Below, in pieces: positions 30,919 to 32,000 of a stretch of 32,000 nt of DNA; positions within the stretch are counted from its first letter, which is position 1; every line of letters starts with the position of its first letter. Both the position numbers and the translations under genes were made by a program. Under the pieces are notes generated by a model. It did not search any database. It had not been told where the DNA came from and was given only the letters and a program-made list of their open reading frames with translations. Origin of the DNA: Wallemia ichthyophaga EXF-994 (Eukaryota > Fungi > Basidiomycota); the NCBI RefSeq assembly GCF_000400465.1, contig NW_008806285.1:120001-152000 (forward strand). The letters run 5' to 3'.

Positions 30919-32000
30919 TTATTCCTCATATCTGGCCACTCGATACACACGCATAGTCTCTTTGGCTCCTTTTGAGTGTTTGTTAACCAGTCCATCGAAA
31001 GCCCGCGTTGAATCCTTGATGCGCTTACCCGTCGCGCTGATACTCCACTCCGTCAGTATCCCCCGTCCACCAGGATGTGAGTCAGCGTAAGGCGTAGCGT
31101 CAACGATGAATCCATCGATCAGCAGCAGTAGCTGTTTTCCACCTTGTCCAGCATGTTCTCCGCTAGCCCTCGCCCTTTCTCTCACCTCACCAGCACCCCA
31201 CACGGGCAACTCGCTCTCGCTTCTCGCAACATTCTCCTTAGGTATCCTCTCATGCAGCCTGCTCGCCTCGAGCGACAGCATACCCGCCTTAGCTTTGAGG
31301 TAGTCTGTGTCAGTGATGCGATGCAGATACGGGATCTGGTTGGTGAGTGCGTGGAGCAAGTGCAGCACCCAAGCGCTCGGATCCCAATCGCCACGCGCCG
31401 GTCCGTTCCTATAATCGTGCGGGAATGCGTGGTGGAAATTGTGGTTGCCCTCGCCCGACGTGCACAGCGCGATGAAAAGCGTCCCCCGACTGCTATTTTC
31501 CTCGCTATAGGGCTGATCGCCGATGTAGTGCGCGAGCGAGTTGATCATCTGGAGTGCGAGTGTGAGTGTGAGTATGAGTATCGTGGCTACTATCTACTCA
31601 CAAAAGTGCAGTGCCAAATAAGCAGTCGTGCGACCAGACCACCCCACACGAATCCGCCGAGCGCATCGCCCCACTGCCGAGCCGCCACGGCGGGCAGGAG
31701 GAGACCGGCGGTGAGAGCGATGGGTATGTAATGGCGATGCTGGAATCGGACTACGGGATCGCTCTCCAAGTCACCCTTGTCGATCATCTTCATACGCGGA
31801 TACGCGCGTTTGTAGTAAATCCACCCGCAGTGACTCCAGAACAACCCCAGCTGCGCAGAGTACGGATCGTGGACGGGATCGTCGGTGAAGCGGTGGTGTA
31901 GCCGATGACGCACCACCCACCTTATGTAATGTAATTAGAAGGCGCGTTGGTTTATACACAGCGCACAGCTTACTCACCACTTTATACTCCCTTGGAAACC
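30919..32000 (-). CDS. Acyl-CoA delta-9-type fatty acid desaturase with fused cytochrome b5 (OLE1-like); 5' end beyond the window
   Basis: His boxes HRLHH(RFTD..HDPY) and GEGNHNFHH; WGGLVARLLIWHCTF|..INSLAH. C-terminal b5 domain with HPGG and a second heme His (NKHS). Introns at about 31550-31600 and 31920-31980. Confidence 0.92.

Noticed and set aside
879-31980. The many 60-180 aa ORFs overlapping real genes on the opposite strand or another frame (for example 879..1187, 5048..5428, 8483..8689, 24115..24432, 29066..29611, 31144..31731)
   Set aside because: They are shadow ORFs produced by the codon structure of the real genes and carry no independent motifs or splice signals.
1-32000. Stop-codon reassignment (TAA/TAG as Gln) to explain the cryptic regions
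   Set aside because: Well-conserved genes here end correctly at TAA (TBP, SSADH, RAD16), TAG (ARB1, uL14m, Fizzy) and TGA (IMP3), and none has internal stops.

Overview
Eukaryotic, very gene-dense fungal DNA with short (about 45-75 nt) GT-AG introns and the standard genetic code. The compactness, intron style and an acidic class I hydrophobin suggest a compact basidiomycete genome such as Wallemia (inference, not verified). I can reconstruct 18 intact or edge-truncated genes: inositol polyphosphate kinase (3' end), IQM-type IQ-motif protein, copper-fist transcription factor, hydrophobin, succinate-semialdehyde dehydrogenase, class 3 lipase, ARB1, TBP, a divergent Fizzy/Cdh1 APC/C activator, a small hydrophilin-like protein, DBP7, RAD16, IMP3, an HMG-box protein, a PNUTS/Ppn1-like protein, a Mug70-like CBS/PB1 protein, mitochondrial uL14 and an OLE1-like desaturase (5' truncated). 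No transposon, CRISPR, rRNA or tRNA was recognised. The least explained parts are three gaps (about 10.0-11.7 kb, 16.0-17.45 kb and 25.1-25.7 kb) with coding-like segments broken by in-frame stops, and a perfect 16-bp inverted repeat just upstream of the HMG-box gene. I found no clear novel multi-gene system. The cryptic regions are the best leads and need ortholog and RNA-seq checks. All exon boundaries were called by hand.
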